Part shown: positions 36,386-40,000 of the stretch, one piece after another
Numbering within the stretch: the first letter of the stretch is position 1
Layout of the letters: each line of letters begins with the position of its first letter
Source: Fischerella muscicola PCC 7414
Lineage (GTDB): Bacteria > Cyanobacteriota > Cyanobacteriia > Cyanobacteriales > Nostocaceae
Assembly (NCBI RefSeq): GCF_000317205.1
Contig: NZ_AJLK01000041.1
Coordinates: 1 to 40,000 of the forward strand
Length of the DNA stretch: 40,000 nucleotides
Reading direction: 5' to 3'
The notes under the pieces: model-generated
Databases searched by the model: none
Told to the model about the DNA's origin: nothing
Seen by the model: only the letters and a program-made list of their open reading frames with translations
Translations under genes and position numbers: made by a program

Positions 36386-37084
36386 TTATAATCGACTTTG
36401 ACTGGGAACCAAAATCATCGAGAAATAAGGCACTTGATCAGGATCTACTTCATCCAAAGAAATAATTTTTTGATTGACCATCGTTCCTCGTTCAATGTAA
36501 CGCGCCCGTGATCCTAACTCCAAGTGATGCAACACATCCCGGACTTTAGCAAAATGTCGCCGCAGCTTAATAATTGCTGCTGCATCAGCGTTTAATAATT
36601 GTGCTTTCAGAGTTTCGGCTGGTAGGGTGGCTGGTAATACACTAAAAACATCGTTGCGATAACTCAGGGGTACTGACAATGCAGAAGCACACCCCATCGG
36701 TGAGGAAACTCCTGGTACAATTTCTGTTTCAAACTCCTCAGAAAGTCGTGTAAATACATACATAAATGAACCGTAAAATAACGGGTCTCCTTCGCACAAA
36801 ACCACCACGTCCCGTCCTGCTGCGAGATGTTCAGCAATTGGTGTAACAACTTGGTCGTAAATTGGTTGTGCTTCGTAAGGATCGAGGGCACGGGGAAGAT
36901 GATACTTGACTTCGATTTGGTTGCCGGGAAGATATTCAGCTACGATACCTCTGGCGACACTTTCTTTATCTTCTGCTGATTGATAAGCAACTACTGGACA
37001 AGTCCTTAATAAGCGTAATGCCTTGAGAGTCAATAGTTCTGGATCTCCAGGCCCAACACCAACACCATAAAGACGACCTTTCAT
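36386..37084 (-). CDS. cobI: Precorrin-2 C20-methyltransferase (CobI/CbiL)
   Basis: LYGVGVGPGDPELLTLKA tetrapyrrole methylase N-terminus. 232 aa. The start overlaps the cobH stop (TAATG). Confidence 0.85.
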   Translation of the reverse strand: MKGRLYGVGVGPGDPELLTLKALRLLRTCPVVAYQSAEDKESVARGIVAEYLPGNQIEVKYHLPRALDPYEAQPIYDQVVTPIAEHLAAGRDVVVLCEGDPLFYGSFMYVFTRLSEEFETEIVPGVSSPMGCASALSVPLSYRNDVFSVLPATLPAETLKAQLLNADAAAIIKLRRHFAKVRDVLHHLELGSRARYIERGTMVNQKIISLDEVDPDQVPYFSMILVPSQSRL

Positions 37085-37713
37085 TATTCCTTCTCCGTTG
37101 CTAGGGCGTTAACTGCGGCAGCTGCGATCGCACTTCCTCCTCGCCGTCCCTTTAATGTCATAAATGGCACACCACGGCTATCTGCTGCTAGTGCTGCTTT
37201 TGACTCTGCGGCCCCCACAAACCCAACCGGAAAACCAAGAATCAATGCGGGTTTGGGTGCGCCTTCATCCAGCATTTCCAAGAGTCGAAATAGGGCAGTA
37301 GGTGCGTTACCAATGGCTACTACAGATCCTTCTAGGTGGGTTCTCCATAATTCTAAAGCCGCAGCAGAACGAGTATTTTTCAGTTTTTGGGCGAGTTCCG
37401 GCACTTGTGGGTGATTGAGAGTACAAATCACCTCATTGTCTGCTGGTAAACGCTTACGGGTAATTCCTTCTGCTACCATGCGACAATCACATAAAATCGG
37501 TGCTACTGCTGCGATCGCTGTACGTCCAGATACAACAGCAGTAGGTGAAGCGACCAAATCATCAACAATATCAGTCATACCACAGGCATGAATCAAACGC
37601 ACTGCCACCTTCGCCAAATCCGGCGGAAGCCTAGATAAATTTGCCTCAGCCCGAATAATGGCAAAGGATTGGCGATATATTTCATTTCCATCTCGAATGT
37701 AGTCAATGGTCAT
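37084..37713 (-). CDS. cobH: Precorrin-8X methylmutase (CobH/CbiC)
   Basis: 209 aa. EIYRQSFAIIR...IHACGM...IGNAPTAL...GFPVGFVGAAESK is the CobH pattern. Confidence 0.85.
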   Translation of the reverse strand: MTIDYIRDGNEIYRQSFAIIRAEANLSRLPPDLAKVAVRLIHACGMTDIVDDLVASPTAVVSGRTAIAAVAPILCDCRMVAEGITRKRLPADNEVICTLNHPQVPELAQKLKNTRSAAALELWRTHLEGSVVAIGNAPTALFRLLEMLDEGAPKPALILGFPVGFVGAAESKAALAADSRGVPFMTLKGRRGGSAIAAAAVNALATEKE

Positions 37714-37765
37714 TATCTAAGAGTTGGTTGTTGGTTGTTGGTTGTTGGTTAGTAGTTAGTGTTTA
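37714..37765. repeat. Heptamer arrays abutting cobH start (CA-rich on the coding, minus strand)
   Basis: Plus strand: gagttggttgttggttgttggttgttggttagtagttagtg. On the minus strand this gives a CAACAAC/ACTAACT array directly before the cobH ATG. Confidence 0.85.
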
Positions 37766-37773
37766 TTGCCACA

Positions 37774-37898
37774 CTCCTCACACCCCACCCTTACCTTAAG
37801 CCGCGCAAAGCGCGTCTACACACCCCTCACACTCCTCACACTCCTCACACCCCACCCTTACCTTAAGCCGCGCAAAGCGCGTCTACACACCCCTCACA
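37774..37898. repeat. 67-bp tandem duplication in cobG-cobH spacer
   Basis: ctcctcacaccccacccttaccttaagccgcgcaaagcgcgtctacacacccctcaca occurs at 37774-37831 and again from 37841. It shares the core cccttaccttaagcc with 18594-18662. Confidence 0.9.
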
Positions 37899-39363
37899 CC
37901 TCCCCATCTCCCTCAACCATCCTTTGCAATTCTGCAATGCTGTGTCGGTTGGCGAATTCTCCCAGTGATTCGTGGCGAGTTCGGCGTTTTGTAATATAAA
38001 CTTGGAGAATTTTTTCTATCAATGGAGGCAATTGTGCAAAAGGCACATCCTGGTAAAGTAATCTTCCGAATTTGCTTTCATGATCACTATCTCCAACGTA
38101 TACCTGATACTTGTCCTCGCTGACGCCCAAGAGAGTGATATCGCTATTGTTGTGTTGGGCGCAGGATTTTGGACATCCTGTAAAGTGAATATTTACAGGT
38201 TGATTGAGAGTAACGCGTTGATCCAGATACTCAGCTAACTTGAGGGCGTGATTTTTAGTATCCGTAGCTGAGGACACACATCCTGTACTACCAGCACAAG
38301 CAATCAGGGCGCTATATATTTTGGTTGCAGACCAATGCAAATTCAGGTTTTCTATTTTGCTTTTAACTTCGTGGATATACTGATTGGGGATATCTGTTAA
38401 CAGTAGATTTTGCCAGGGTGTGAGCCTGAGTGTACCACTACCGTAACCCTGGGCAATATCCGCTAAACCGTGCATTTGCCATGTTTCCAATTTACCTAGT
38501 GGTAGCACCACACCAATGTAGGAAAGTTCCTGTTGTCTTTGGGGGTGGACACCAAGGTGGAGATAGCGAGTTAGGTGGGGATGGGGAGGCGATATGGTGG
38601 GGAGATGGGGAAGTCGTCGCAAAGGGTAGGAAAAATGACTTTCTACTTCTTGGAGAAATCTTTCTATACCCAAGTAATGCAGTACCTCAAATAGACGAAC
38701 TTTGCGCGATTTGCGGTAGGGTGTAATGTTCTCTTTCTCGAGTGTAGAATGCTGCAAATAGACTTTGGCGATCGCACCTACTACGTCTACACATTCTTGA
38801 ATTTGCAATAATATGCCTGTGTTTGTAAATGATTCACCTAAATTTAGCTTGAGGTGAAAGTATATCTGTGTACCGAGTTCCACAGCAGTCAAAATGATAT
38901 CGTTGGGGCGATCGCACACCTTTAGTGCGCCTCCACCATCAACTGCAATGCTGAATTTGGGTGACAGGGGCGCAAGGTCAGTATGGTTACTGATATAATA
39001 ATCCAATTTGCGAATGAGCGATCGCGTATCAATCAATTCTTCTGAATCAATTCCTGCTGTCGGGCTACCCATGATGTTACGTAGATGATCAACACCCGGG
39101 ATGGGTGAGGCTAAACCAATGTTTTGGAGTAGGTGCAGAACTTCAGAAGTTATTTGTGTACGAACTTCGCGAATTTGTAAGTTGGCACGATTAGTAATGT
39201 TAACGTAGCCTGCACCGAATTTCTCAGCTAAATCAGCTACCATCCGAAACTGCCCAGTGGTGACTATTCCTCCGGGAATTCGGATACGAAATAGTGTGCC
39301 GTCTCGCGCGGAAGTACTGTAAAAAAGACCAGGACAAGGGAGAGAAATTGACGATAAATACAC
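37894..39363 (-). CDS. cobG: Precorrin-3B synthase CobG (sulfite/nitrite-reductase-like)
   Basis: CPGLFYSTSARDGTLFRIRIPGGIVTTGQFRMVADLAEKFGAGYVNITNRANLQIR. Second half-domain with CAGSTGC...CPKSC cluster/siroheme-type Cys. GTG start preceded by GGAAGGAG. Confidence 0.85.
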   Translation of the reverse strand: MYLSSISLPCPGLFYSTSARDGTLFRIRIPGGIVTTGQFRMVADLAEKFGAGYVNITNRANLQIREVRTQITSEVLHLLQNIGLASPIPGVDHLRNIMGSPTAGIDSEELIDTRSLIRKLDYYISNHTDLAPLSPKFSIAVDGGGALKVCDRPNDIILTAVELGTQIYFHLKLNLGESFTNTGILLQIQECVDVVGAIAKVYLQHSTLEKENITPYRKSRKVRLFEVLHYLGIERFLQEVESHFSYPLRRLPHLPTISPPHPHLTRYLHLGVHPQRQQELSYIGVVLPLGKLETWQMHGLADIAQGYGSGTLRLTPWQNLLLTDIPNQYIHEVKSKIENLNLHWSATKIYSALIACAGSTGCVSSATDTKNHALKLAEYLDQRVTLNQPVNIHFTGCPKSCAQHNNSDITLLGVSEDKYQVYVGDSDHESKFGRLLYQDVPFAQLPPLIEKILQVYITKRRTRHESLGEFANRHSIAELQRMVEGDGEV

Positions 39364-39384
39364 CTATTCGACTCCTTCCCTGTG

Positions 39385-39600
39385 CAGCGCAGGGAGCAGA
39401 GAAACTATCTGTCTTGGTGACACCCCTAGAAGTTGGCATTCTGACTAACCGAATTGGTTGGTTGTTGGTTGTTGGTTTTTCCACCAACTACTAACCACTA
39501 ACCACTAACTACTAACCAAATTGGATTACAGCTGCGGCACAGTACCGGGATCTCACCGGACTTTCCCAACTCTAAGTTTGAGTAGTTTAGCATGAGTTTG
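39385..39600 (-). promoter_or_regulatory. Cobalamin (B12) riboswitch upstream of cobG
   Basis: The minus strand reads gagttGGGAAagtcCGGTGAGATCCCGGtactgtgCCGCAGCTGTAAtcc, matching the conserved core. After a variable hairpin comes a B12-box-like AGTCAGAATGCC. A stem, tccctg...caggga, overlaps the RBS. Confidence 0.7.
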
Positions 39601-39793
39601 TGTCTCGAAAGATAAAATCAAAGCTTGGATTAATGTTTGTCTAAAAAACTAATTGCTTTGTCACATGAAGTAATCTAATTTTTGAAACGCACCAGGTAGC
39701 TGAGGAAGGCGCGGAGGTTCGCAGAGTGTTTTGTTAGGATTTATGAAATTTCAGTTAAAATCGTAAGCTGGCTCCTGCTAAATCTTGACTATC

Positions 39794-40000
39794 ATGCAAA
39801 AATGGCTATCTGTGATAGGTATTGGTGAGGATGGGCTATCAGGATTGAGTGCGATCGCTCGTTCTATACTGCAACATGCACAGGTGATTGTTGGGGGAAG
39901 CCGCCACCTCGCCATGTTACCATCTGATGATCAGCGCGAAAAGATCATTTGGTCTTCACCGATCAACGCATCTGTAGAGGAAATTCTGCGCCGTCGGGGT
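39794..40000 (+). CDS. cobL: Precorrin-6Y C5,15-methyltransferase (CobL/CbiE), 3' end outside window
   Basis: The ATG at 39794 opens MQKWLSVIGIGEDGLSGLSAIARSILQHAQVIVGGSRHLAMLP..., a typical CobL N-terminus. The frame is open to the window end. Divergent from cobG. Confidence 0.75.
   Translation, partial: MQKWLSVIGIGEDGLSGLSAIARSILQHAQVIVGGSRHLAMLPSDDQREKIIWSSPINASVEEILRRRG

Noticed and set aside
37766-37999. 77-aa plus-strand ORF (PHSSHPTLTLSRAKRVYTPLTLLTLLTPHPYLKPRKA...)
   Set aside because: It is a translation of the 67-bp tandem repeat and the antisense strand of the cobG 3' end. The repetitive low-complexity peptide is not credible.
39233-39494. ORFs 39233-39487 (-) and 39294-39494 (+)
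   Set aside because: They overlap the cobG 5' end and the cobalamin riboswitch with its heptamer arrays. The region is better explained as a regulatory RNA.

Overview
The window comes from a heterocyst-forming (Nostocaceae-type) cyanobacterium. Support: frequent GCGATCGC (HIP1) palindromes, STRR-like heptamer arrays, and the heterocyst genes fdxH and hesAB. From about 2.8 to 18.3 kb the + strand carries a complete Mo-nitrogenase cluster: nifB-fdxN-nifS-nifU-nifH-nifD-nifK-(Mo-nitro_C-like orf)-nifE-nifN-nifX-DUF269-DUF683-nifW-hesA-hesB-fdxH. fdxN and nifD are uninterrupted, so neither excision element is present. nifV/Z/T and cnfR/patB are not in the window. Downstream lie feoA, a ctaB paralogue, mop (-), an AT-rich gene-poor stretch with a CP12-domain remnant, one hypothetical gene, a hupW-like hydrogenase protease (-) and a brnT/brnA toxin-antitoxin pair. 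Next comes a quinol-oxidase (ARTO/cox3-like) coxBAC operon preceded by two DUF2231 genes. After that: an AAA-like/WD40 gene split at a G-run, an AT-rich decaying papain-like (C1) peptidase locus, SDR and pirin genes (-), cobG-cobH-cobI (-) behind a cobalamin riboswitch, and a 3'-truncated cobL. The left edge holds a 5'-truncated lectin-domain gene. I saw no tRNA, rRNA, CRISPR array or transposase. The least ordinary content is non-coding. Polar GT-rich/CA-rich heptamer arrays fill almost every intergenic spacer and have entered a riboswitch and several ORF ends. Palindromic repeats sit in frame inside nifB and cobG. A GC-rich, apparently structured leader precedes nifB. I found no convincing wholly new multi-gene system; the best candidates for follow-up are in the findings. 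All calls rest on reading motifs and repeats by eye; no database search or folding computation was possible.
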